This document shows positions 30,533-41,291 of a DNA stretch of 44,750 nucleotides, piece after piece; position 1 is the stretch's first letter; each line of letters opens with the position of its first letter. The DNA is from Basidiobolus ranarum (taxonomy: Eukaryota): NCBI GenBank assembly GCA_040143965.1, contig JASJQH010006904.1, forward strand, positions 1-44,750, in the 5' to 3' direction. The notes below the pieces were generated by a model that was given only the letters and a program-made list of their open reading frames with translations, searched no databases and was not told the origin of the DNA. A program made the position numbers and the translations under genes.

Positions 30533-31681
30533 CATCAAAATGTATAATAGTGCCTAGTTAATGTACCAATACCAGATACTATTTTTTAGAGGGGTTTTTA
30601 ATTCCATGTGACGGACTGACATGCTCAATGCATGTTAACTAACGGTTGGGAAAACATTCACAATACTTTCCAGGTACCCCCAACCATGACCTTAATTTGT
30701 CTCTTTCCACTGATTTTCATTACGCAACATTAGTTTTTTCCTTGTGGCTGTTGGTTGTGATGAATATGTGCCAAATATAGCATATTGTTGATGGGTACTA
30801 TATAAATGATACGGTTATGAAACAATGTATTAAATATGCTTTATATCTGCTGGTGTTGATTTATTGAGGGATATATCGGAATCGATCGTTAAGATACATA
30901 ACTGCATCCAAAAAGGTATGTTCTGGTATGTGGCCTGATCGGACCAATATTCTATTTTGGAGAAATTTTATAGCGGATAGGATAAGTAGCTACGAACACG
31001 AGGGTAGAGGAGTTCTTAACATTACTGCCTAAAGAAATAAAATTAAGAGACATTTGATGGATAATGTGTGTGATTGGTAAATTCCCATGATGACAAATTG
31101 CTTCTCAATCCAAGGTATTCCAAAAATATGCTAAATTATACACCAATCATTACGAGAGGGCTTAAAAAAATCTTGAAAGTTTCGTGTTGCGATAACATCT
31201 AAAATGTGTATACTTCACTCAAAGTGACATTATCGGTGATAACAAAGTCCTTGGTAAAGTCATTGAATTACCATTTAAGGGAAAACTATATTGCTAAAGG
31301 TGGCAATTTCCACCATGTATCAAAGTCTATATCTAGAGAGCAATGCCCAGTGCTATTTCTACCATGGTTCAAAGATACAGTGATACATTTACTTGCATGC
31401 ATTTCACCCAGCAGAGTGTTGGGATTATCTTGTCTCTATGTCCCTACCACTGGACTAGAGTCTGCTCAGAATTTTGGATCAAGCTGTTATATATATTACG
31501 AAATGGAGGCGACCACTACTTCCGATGGTAACCAGATGTGATACAGATGCTGCCCGATTAAAGATACGTGTTAATGGCATACTAATGGCACTTCATATTC
31601 CCAAGATCATATGATCTATCAAAATCCTCCTATCCGTTTAGTGCAACCCGTGCCGTCAATGGGATATTTCAGGTTTATTGA

Positions 31682-32390
31682 TTACAGATTAGGTGAACGA
31701 ACTGTACCTGCCATCATAAGATTAGGAGGAGTGGATATTTCTGTATTGGGTGAGCTCCTGGAATTGTCTAAAAATCTTCGGTCAATCACAAAGCTTAGCA
31801 TCTGTAGTGCAAAATGTTCTAGCGGTTGCTCCTTCTGTAGTATGCTTCGATCGGGAGAGGAATTGGAGAGCGCTCCAGAGGAATAAAATAGTGCGGCATC
31901 GGAAACAAACCCTAGGTCACGCTCTTCGTGGTAGTATATTTGGGATTTCCTTAGAAATGTATAAATCTTTACTCTGGAGAAACTAAAATGTTCAATCGCA
32001 GCTGGAGAGCAGTTGTACCGGGTGTAATCGAAAATCACCTTCCCATATATAGAACATCAGTGACCTAAATAAGTATCTGGCAAGATGTTCAAATTAGTTC
32101 ACTGGTTTTTTCCACAGATCATAGATATCGTACTTTCAGATAGTTCGTGGTATTGATCGGAGATACAGTCCTGAATAGGCAACCCACTGGCAACATGACT
32201 TCAATGTTCATTTTTGGAAATATCCAAATATTATCCATATGTTGAGCCAATTTGGATGTTTTTGTGACTTAATTTTGGCTATGTAATTTAGTTTGGTGAT
32301 GGAATAACTAAAATGAGAATTTAAACAATAAACTTTGCTCTCTGCTTTACCACCCCTTGAAGCGCTAGATTTACTCTTCTTCCAGAACAT
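31682..32390 (-). pseudogene. Putative spliced pseudogene of unknown family
   Basis: ATG 32390. Removing GT-AG introns 32333-32279 (55 nt) and 32133-32077 (57 nt, CTAAT branch site) puts three segments in frame with the 118-aa ORF 32038-31682. In-frame stops remain at 32233-31 (TAA), 32203-01 (TGA) and 32059-57 (TGA). No recognisable domain. Confidence 0.4.
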
Positions 32391-32839
32391 ATGAGGTCTA
32401 TATCCAATTCCTAATCATGAGTCTGATCAGGTTCAGAGGTGCTTTGAGGTGAACTGCGTGATGTGCAGTATTCGACTGCTACGTTTCAATGTTCGTTATC
32501 CAGTGTTTCTCAGCTATCTTGATTATAGCCTCCTTATAGAGAGACCTAGGCGATACCGAAAACCTTCCTCTTTGGGTAAAACGGAAACAGACTGAATTGT
32601 CTAGTAAGTTACTAAATTTATATTTTATGGAATAAACCCAGACACTCTGCACCCATCCTAAACGAATAGTATTGATGTAGAGCTTGAGATGCTAATCATT
32701 TACCAACTATAATTTTCCAGCCATTCCCGATTATAAAAACCAACGGCATGGCTATGAGTTCTACGCTTTCCTTACTCTTACAACATCGATCTGGTTTCTG
32801 AATCATCTAACTGAACATTTGCTAATCTCAATACATAAT

Positions 32840-33742
32840 ATGGCTTGGGTTGACACTGACTCAAAGACCGCCTCCTCGGCACCAACAAGTTTCCATGCTC
32901 CCAGTGATTGGGTTAACACTAAACCCGAAGAATTCGCGAGTAACAATAAACCCACGGTGAATCCGCGTAAACCTCGGAGAAGAACCAACAAAGAAGAACA
33001 AACAATCCTGGAGGAAGCTTTCCAAGTTAACCACCGCCCAAGCAGTGAAATAAAGGAACAACTGGCCAGACAACTAAATATGAGTCTCCGGACTGTACAG
33101 ATATGGTTTCAAAATCGTCGTCAATCATTGAAAAAGAAAAAATATGAACCATTGATTGTACCTCAAGAGCTGGACATGGAAAGCAAGGATTGTGAACAAA
33201 AGAAAAAAAGAAACTTTACAGTTCTCAAGTTAAATTGTAGAACTATTAAACGTTCTCAATTATCCTGGCATTATGAATCCAAGAATATATTCATCAAAAC
33301 CCAACAACCAAAAGAAAGCCCTGATTTGCCTGCATTTAAAAAAGTCAAATTATCATCTCCTCTTACTCCACTTGATTCAGCCTTCAATACTGATAAGCTA
33401 CCTCCGCTTTTACTAAGCATTTCACATACGGACAGCTCGAATCTGCCAAGCTCGCCTATGTCCGAATCTACCATCTCATATGAAGAATCACATTCTAAAA
33501 AGGCTTCGGAGACCTGCGAAGTAGGCACTTGCTGTCAGCTACCACCCATTCGCAACATGGTTACTAGAAACTGTAGCCCACTATGCATTTATGAGGAGCA
33601 AGCACTTATGCTGCCATCTCTGACGCTCCCACCACTTTCGATTTTGCAGGCAAAGTCCTTTAACTCTACCAACAATATTTATCCTACGTACCATAAACCG
33701 GAACATACTCTAGGCGTTCGTGAAGGTTTATTAAATTGCTGA
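32840..33742 (+). CDS. Homeodomain transcription factor (non-TALE; Yox1/Yhp1-like helix 3)
   Basis: RKPRRRTNKEEQTILEEAFQVNHRPSSEIKEQLARQLNMSLRTVQIWFQNRRQSLKKK. First ATG at 32840, TATAAAA at about 32733. Intronless. Confidence 0.9.
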   Translation: MAWVDTDSKTASSAPTSFHAPSDWVNTKPEEFASNNKPTVNPRKPRRRTNKEEQTILEEAFQVNHRPSSEIKEQLARQLNMSLRTVQIWFQNRRQSLKKKKYEPLIVPQELDMESKDCEQKKKRNFTVLKLNCRTIKRSQLSWHYESKNIFIKTQQPKESPDLPAFKKVKLSSPLTPLDSAFNTDKLPPLLLSISHTDSSNLPSSPMSESTISYEESHSKKASETCEVGTCCQLPPIRNMVTRNCSPLCIYEEQALMLPSLTLPPLSILQAKSFNSTNNIYPTYHKPEHTLGVREGLLNC

Positions 33743-34544
33743 ATTTGAGGCAAATAGTCATCATATTTTGTAAATAATGTGAGCCATGTCATATTTCATC
33801 AACCTCACGCGCAGTAGATAGAAAACAAATAAACTAATTCAATAGAAAACAAATATACTTCCGAGATATGGCGAGATCAGGAGTGCCTTATATTGGCATC
33901 ATTTACTTATTTATTCAAATTTCCCTTCTTAAGTCTAATCGTTCTATCCACGTATGGCTTCTTCCAGATCTATGGTATATATATATAATTCCTAATTATT
34001 TATCAGGTCGTCGTTGATTAATAATATCCATTTGCAGTTTTTTTTGTTACCTTTATTAGCTTGTTTGCTGCTTGCTTCGATGAAAGCATTAATTCTTACC
34101 CGAACCTTCTTCCGCGCAAAGATAACAAATATTCCAAAAATGCAGTAGGTCGGGAAGAGAAACAACCGACTCAGATGATATCATTTGTTTGCTGTATATG
34201 AATGGACGCGTGCGAATTATGGGAATGGGTATGAAAAATCAGCCCACATAAAGTTTACTATTGTATGAGAACTAAAGCTAAAGTTTATAGTTTAGTCGTA
34301 TAATGTTCATCTTCTCAAGTTTATTTCCTACTCCTTATTCAGGTAGTCAAGCATAATTTGCATCCCATCTATTAGACTAGTAATATCAGTGGAGGTTATT
34401 TACTTGATTCACCAAGTGTGAAAGATATGTTATGGTTTTATGAATTCACTAATTCTACTATAATTTGTGGAATTTGGCAGTATGATATGGTGCGGTGTAG
34501 TATATATTTACTAATATGAAGAGGGATGGTTTCGAAGCATTCAT

Positions 34545-35327
34545 TCAGGCTTTTATCTTTGTCTCGGATTCGGTAGTCGTAGAAATCGGTTTTAATCCGT
34601 TCGTAATCCAAGTTGGTTTAGGCCAAACCTAAATTTAATCAAAATCACTTAATTTCTACAGAATGTTAGTTCTACTCGATTGTGAATTTCTACTTACTCT
34701 AGCAAATACTTTTCCTTTGATTAGACCGTATGGTACTGGTCCATATGCTCGAGAATCAGTAGAGTTACTCATATTATCTCCTTGTAACCAAACATGTCCT
34801 GGAGGTACCTAAATAAGTTCAATGAATAATAAGTGAAATTTACTTGATAAACTTATGTTTCAAAACAACCCCTTTACCGTTATAAATTGTCTTGGGTATT
34901 GTGAAGGATCTACACAAATATGGTCTCCAGGCTAAAGGAATATCTCGGTTGAATTTAGTAAGAAACTCTTCGACATGTGTGATAACTCCGTTGTTAACAT
35001 ACCATGCCTAATATACGTTTACATACTGCTCGGTCTGGATTATTCGGAGATACTGCTACTATCACATCTCCCGTTTTTAAACGTCCCAAACGTGGACTAG
35101 CATGTTCCATAGCCACGAAATCTCCAACCACATTCAGAGTGGGAAGCATAGAAGGGCCCATGCACTATCGAATGGAAGCAATTCTATAGGTAAGCTATAC
35201 TTTTCTCTCCTGACTTTAATATATAAACAAACTAAAATACCTGAGTAATTTCAATCAAGTATTCATTAAATAAATGCACGCAACAACCAAACTGCAACAC
35301 CCATCCGGCTCTTCGCAAATACTCCAT
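34545..35327 (-). CDS. IMP1: Mitochondrial inner-membrane peptidase subunit 1 (S26 family)
   Basis: Not in the ORF track. Exons 35327-35241, 35164-35003, 34931-34878, 34808-34698, 34628-34545 give [10 protein letters not shown] (catalytic Ser), [11 protein letters not shown] (catalytic Lys) and [37 protein letters not shown] rather than DSN indicates Imp1, not Imp2. Confidence 0.94.
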
Positions 35328-35621
35328 TTAAGCTGGTTTCTGTAACTTTGAGTAAGCAAAAACGAAATATCTAGCTGATTGAAAGTAGAAACTCTCGGTG
35401 GCACGTGATAAGATAATGAATTTTAGTTAAGGGTTTTATTGATTTCCATGATAAAATCTAGGTTACATTGGAATAAGAAAGTTTGGCTAAGATAGTAAAA
35501 TAAGCTAATACGTGAGAAATGGAACCAAAAAAAAAATAGATGAGAAATTATTGGCATGGTCAATAAATTCATGGAATGGAAGATGTGATAATGGGATTCT
35601 AACTAGGTTACAGACATATTA

Positions 35622-36735
35622 TTACTTCTTCATTTCGTTATAACGAATGAAGGAATAATAACCAGACCCAAATAGAGCCATGAAAATACCTACTCCATTC
35701 ATGAACGAAATGGGATTTTGGAAGCAGATGGCGGCCATTAGTGTTTGCACGCAAGCCTTAGCAGTTCCAGAAATAGTATTAGTCAAAGGAGTAGTGAATT
35801 TGATTTGAAGGAACATGGCTGTATTAATCAAGAAGCCAGTGACACCGGTAATAGTCATTAAAAGCCAGAAGTTCATATCGTCCAAGAATGTGATCTCTTC
35901 GTTAATATCATTAAGCTCTCCGGAGAAGATGACAATAGGACTTAAGATCATAATAGAGATGGCAGTATTATAGTGAAGAAGTCTCCATTGGTTATTCTCA
36001 ACCACGGTCAAAGTCTTCTTAACGTAGATACCATAGAGAGCCACAAAGGCACTGGAGCTGACACCATAGACAATTCCAGACCAAGAGAAGTTTACTTCAC
36101 CATAGGAGCCAACGACAAAACCAACAAATACGATACTGCACCCAACCATGGCCTGCATGGAGGTCTTCTGGCCCAACAAGGAGTAGGTGAAAATGATATT
36201 GAAAAGAATACTCAAAGAACGAGCAACCTAAAAGCAAGAAGCATTAATATATAACCTCATAGAAGATTTACAAAATAAAACTTACTTGATAGAAAGTAAC
36301 TTCAACGTATTTGAGACAGAGATTATTTAAAGCCAACATCATGACATAAATGATGGTCAAGGGTGCAACGCGTTTGGCTATTCTCAAATCAAATTCAAAA
36401 GGAGGGATTGTGGAAAAGAAAGAAATACTACAAAAAGGTCCATCAATATTAGAGATGTGTTTCGAAGATGAAAAAAGAATAGACTAATACCTTTTGCCAA
36501 GTTGACCCCACACTATTAAGAGCACCAAAGCAACAACAAGCTGGTACCAAGTTACGAATAATGGATAGGAAAACTTATAGTCTGGGCTACTCAGAATATA
36601 TTTGTTCAAAAAAACAACCGAAAGAGAAGCGGCCCAATAGAAAGCAACAACAGCAAAGATCACCGAGGCAGCATGTTTGCGGGGTTGGGTCTTGGCGGTC
36701 GCAGGTGCCGGAATAGCTTCTGATTTGTTACCCAT
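35622..36735 (-). CDS. Nucleotide-sugar transporter, TPT/SLC35 family (GDP-fucose transporter SLC35C1-like)
   Basis: Exons 36735-36491, 36427-36286, 36227-35622. Motifs YWAASLSVVFLNKY, PLFVTWYQ, NNLCLKYVEVTFYQVARSLSILFN and QIKFTTPLTNTISGTAKACVQT; about 10 hydrophobic segments. Confidence 0.92.
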
Positions 36736-37623
36736 CTAAAGTATTTCAAGAAGGATAATTAGTCATCTATGAAAATAAGAGGAGTTAAAACAAACATAGA
36801 TGGAGTTACTTACACTATCGTTAGGATTAACCGATGAACGGAAAGGGATAAAGACAAAAAGAGACAAAAGTCTATCGAAAAAGAATCAGCAAGTTATGTA
36901 ATTAGCTTAGGGGTTGTAATCCTGGGGATAGTAATTTGAACACTTGGAAAAAGAACATTTCATCCATTGAGCATCGATTGATTTAAGCAAACTGTATGTC
37001 TAAAAATAAGAATCTAAACAGATTTAGCAAAGCTCTGATAGGTCACACATAGTTAATTGCTAATAAGAGTAAATATGGTGGACATCGGAGACTACGAAAG
37101 AAATCAGGTTAGATTTCCATGGCTGTGTATCCCAATTTCTATGTAACCTTACACTACGATTGAAATACGTTGGATTTACGTCATGAACTCCCAATCAGCG
37201 CTTCTTTTAGCTCAGTATATAACCGCAATGACTAACATTACCATAATAGTTTCAATTAAAGATGCCGGGCGCAGTGGTGAAGCGAGTGATTTCCTTGTAT
37301 TTGCGGTACAAGATGTCAGTGATATCCAAATGGGTGGAGGATTTTTCGCTAATATTCGTTAGGTGTGGAGACATTGGTTATTGTGTCCTGTGTACCAATG
37401 GCTTGGAACGGATGGTAACTTCTGGTCATTTCTAAAACTTCACATTCCTTTAGTCTAATCGTTGATTGAGTCAAGTCCGATTTAGCAGTCAAGATGTAAT
37501 CTAATAGATGTGATATCCATATCAGGATAAAATCAGGAATTCATCTTGTATAAATAGCTGAGTTACCACTTGACGTAAAAGCATCAACAGCTTCTACTGC
37601 TACTTACACAACAAAGATTCACA

Positions 37624-38595
37624 ATGATGCAAACTCAACATGTTCACCGCCCATCTCTGTCAGATATCAAAGAAACTGTGGTGAAGGATTTACCTGCCGA
37701 TCAAGAAGCTGTTCATTTGCCCTCCGTTTTTGAAACGCCTATAGCTGCTTCCGAGGGTAAGGAAAGAGACGCCGCTCACCACGAGAATGAGGATACATCC
37801 GATGGAAAGCTACCCTCTAAAGAGGAGTTTGAAAATGTAAGTACTTTTGTTAGCAATTCCGTATTTATTCCCAGTCTAACATCTTTTAAAAAGACTCTTA
37901 GTGACAATGAACGCTCTATGGCTCTATACGAAGCTATCCTGAATACTCACAAAAAAATAGCAAATGCTGTGGAAATCTCTGGAGGAGGAAACCAAGCTCA
38001 AGCAGTCCCTGAACATTGGAGTGTCCAAGTTGATCCCAGATCGGGTGAATTGGGAAAGAAGCTACTCGAATATTTCTATGCTCCCGAGTCGAATTTCTTC
38101 TTATCTGAAGACGACGCAAAGTTGGTTGAAGTTGTACGTCAATGGAATGTTTTACCAGATATGGTGTTTTCAAGTGAAGAATCCACACGTAAGTTGGTAG
38201 CATGGATGCGTACTACTTTCACTGTAGAAAGAGCCGCTATACGTAAGAAGGTTCTCGGCCTTTTCATGAGTATGCGTAAACATAGAAATTACGACATTGT
38301 TGCCTTAACTCGGGAAATTGTACCTGGCGACATGCCAGTCAAACTGCACATGGTAAGAAAAACCTTACTCTTGCGTACCGCCGCCAAGGATAATGGAACA
38401 TGGGATAATAAGGATGAAGAGAACAAATTCTGGGAGCATTTCCTCAGTGAATACCACGATATATCGAAACTAAACCCCAGTCAAGTTACCGCATATTGGG
38501 ATAAGCTTTTGCAGATTGATATTGCTGAGCATGGAAAGCCTGCTCTTGACGAGATTGACGTTTACCAAGCTGATGGTTCCAAATGGACAGTTTAG
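37624..38595 (+). CDS. Hypothetical alpha-helical protein of unknown function
   Basis: 323-codon frame with good context (ACA ATG) and TATAAAT at about 37549. Probable in-frame 57-nt intron 37837-37893 (GTAAGT..CTAAC..AAG). No domain recognised with certainty. Confidence 0.8.
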   Translation: MMQTQHVHRPSLSDIKETVVKDLPADQEAVHLPSVFETPIAASEGKERDAAHHENEDTSDGKLPSKEEFENVSTFVSNSVFIPSLTSFKKTLSDNERSMALYEAILNTHKKIANAVEISGGGNQAQAVPEHWSVQVDPRSGELGKKLLEYFYAPESNFFLSEDDAKLVEVVRQWNVLPDMVFSSEESTRKLVAWMRTTFTVERAAIRKKVLGLFMSMRKHRNYDIVALTREIVPGDMPVKLHMVRKTLLLRTAAKDNGTWDNKDEENKFWEHFLSEYHDISKLNPSQVTAYWDKLLQIDIAEHGKPALDEIDVYQADGSKWTV

Positions 38596-38882
38596 GTAGT
38601 GAGCAAATGAGCGACAATACTAGTTTGATGTTCACTGGATTGAAATTAGAACAAATGTAACGCTACACTACAGTTTTCTATTTTTGAAATAATAATAAAT
38701 CATCATTATATATTTGATCATCAATTAGGGTTGAGTTCTGTTGATTTACGGGTTTGAAGAAGGGTTAGGGTTGACCTGACAAACTGAGTTAGAACGATGC
38801 AAACGTTGAGACTGGAACGAGTTATAAAATCTTCGGAAATCAATGGTTTATTTTATATCAAAATGTGTTTGTGTTGGAGGAA

Positions 38883-40180
38883 CTAATGGCGGAATCGATA
38901 TGAATAATGGAAGTATTTGCTTAATGTCTCATTTTTCTTGGCCAAACAGATGGGCGAGATATAGGTGGAGTTGTTGTTGAAACTTTGGGTAACATCAATC
39001 CATTGCTTCTCAATCTCTCTCACTTCGGGTACACTCATACCCATCATGCTGATATAGGCCTCGGGTAGTGGCTTGGGAAGATGAAGTTTGTACCAATGCT
39101 GGGTAGGATTCTCCTTGTGGCCACTGTAATTGATCACCTTCTCAAGTGATTTCACCTCTGAGCGTTTATTTACTGAATCTTTCGATGTCACCTCCACATA
39201 TCGATAGCAAAGTCCAGGTTTACTAGTGTCCATCATAGAATTGACTGAAACTCGGAACGGCATCATCGAGTCAGTTAATCTTGCTGGGGTATTGCCGGGA
39301 CCAGTCCCTCCGTATTCAAAATACCGAGAAGGATCTAAACTTTGCCAGTCAGACCAAATCTTATCCACAAATGCATGATGAAGCCAGAATAGAGGACTAG
39401 AATTGAACAGGGTTAATATGTTTGTTTATCAATGCACAGAAAATAGCCCTTACTCATTAGTACTAGTCGCGAATGCCATATCTCCATTAGATCCACCAAT
39501 TCCGACATGAACTACCCCATGAGGAGGTGATTCGATGTTCTTGCGTAACGTATCGTAATTTCTAGCTCTACGCAATATTCGTTTGATCGTTTCTGGAGAA
39601 TAAAAGGGATCCATCAAATTTCCATCAGATCCATCGAACTGTCGTCGAAGGCAGTGAATATCAGGGTATCTCATAGTCCAATTTACAAATGGACCGTTCG
39701 TCACACAGTAGCCGTTGTTCGCATCTCCATTCCCACCAAAGTAATCTTTACTGAATATTATGCTTTCTCCCGGTGATTGCGAATCCAAACTCCAATCCTA
39801 ATACCAACAAATGTTACTATCTGTAAAGATATATCCAAATAGAAATTCATACTAACCCAATAAGGTAGCTGTACACTCGGATTTATCTTCTGTAATGCCA
39901 TTTCAAAATCCTTTAGAAACTTACGATGCCAAGGAAAGAATGCGGCATTATTGTGAGCAGCTCCGAAATATGTTGCATGTATATTGGCAAGTCTATCATA
40001 ACCAGTTGGGGAGGGTCCTGAATGAAAATCTCGGACCGCGTTGATGAAAGCTTGCAACTCATTGGGGGTTAAAGAACGAACTTCGCGGCGCTCTGCTAGG
40101 CTATCACAAGACTGAGATAAGGCTCCAAGTGGTGCGCTTAATAACAAAACTATACTTTTAATTCTAGTGGAGAAAATCAT
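38883..40180 (-). CDS. Secreted tyrosinase / type-3 di-copper protein
   Basis: Exons 40180-39857, 39797-39454, 39396-38883. Signal-peptide-like N-terminus, CuA (IH..AHNNAAFFPWHR), LPYWDWS, CuB (PPHGVVH..DPLFWLHHAFVDKIW), and CYRY motif. Confidence 0.94.
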
Positions 40181-40689
40181 GTTTTCAAAAAGCTTCAAGA
40201 TTTTTTAGAGGCTCGATGGTAATGTAGAATCAAGTGGTATTGTCTTGAATTGTTATTAGTTGACCAATTGCAAAGTAATATATCTGTAGAGAGTTGTGCT
40301 ACCAAAGCTGGAGGTGTCCTACCGCGGGCTCAAGGGAAAGAAGCGAACAGGCTTACTGGAGCAGAAAGGAGATGCTAAGTGATAGAGAAGAGAACTTCCA
40401 GGTTTTATACAACATTTGTCCAATAGTCATATTTACGACGATGACCTATACCTTCCAGATAGTCTATAGTACTCCGGAGAGCATTAAAGGATATTGCGGA
40501 GAATTTTATAACGCATTGTATTAATTAGCATGCATACAGAAATAAATCCTACGGTCAATAAATATTACCTAAAGGGCATGACCATATATGAGTGTATTAG
40601 TGATAAAAATAGTACCATTGTTGAGCATAAAGCGCTCAAATATTGCTACTTGAGAAAACTGGATGATCTACATAAGCGTGCTGATATTG

Positions 40690-40729
40690 TATTGATAACC
40701 CTAACATAATATTGATAACCCTAACCCTT
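40690..40729. repeat. 16-bp direct repeat TATTGATAACCCTAAC x2 containing telomere-type cores
   Basis: Copies at 40690-40705 and 40710-40725 (period 20); the second extends to AACCCTAACCCTT. Confidence 0.8.
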
Positions 40730-41291
40730 TTGATTTTTCAGTCATAATATCGTTTGTATCAGATTAGATTTAATACGGATAAACTACCTTCGCCATAAAC
40801 TACCTTTGCCCTACGTTTATTTAAAACAAGTGTGTATACTTCAGTAATAATGTCCATAGCGTAGGTACCCTAACGAGTTAGCAACATGAAGATATTTGGT
40901 GTCACTGATGGCAGATAAAATAACGAGTCAAGATCATATTTCTACTAGAGTTACCATTAAAAATGGAAATAACACTACCAAAATTGCAAACTTCGGAAAA
41001 AATGGCATCAGGTGCAATAGTAACCGTACAATGTTAGTACAAATGACTAATAGTTGAATGGGCAAGGGCAAAGGCAAATAGCATTTCATAGATAACATGA
41101 TATTTTAAAATGGGAATATTGTCGATTGCCACGAATTCAACCGACTTGCTTCAGCTTTCCGGACCAAATTTAGTAAATAATAAACGTCTATCAGATACAG
41201 ATCATTCATCCGATAAATTCCGTACTTTCGTAAAATTATGTATAAATTTGTGGATGGATGTTCTTCGAAATATTCAAAATAGAACATCACA

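Noticed and set aside
32057..32233. In-frame TGA codons as selenocysteine
   Set aside because: The same frame also has a TAA; there is no redox CxxU-like context and no SECIS element recognised.
37264..37277. GCCGGGCGCAGTGG resembling the 5' end of metazoan SRP RNA/Alu
   Set aside because: The match stops after 14 nt, with no following TGTAGTCCCAGC-like segment or SRP helix 8.
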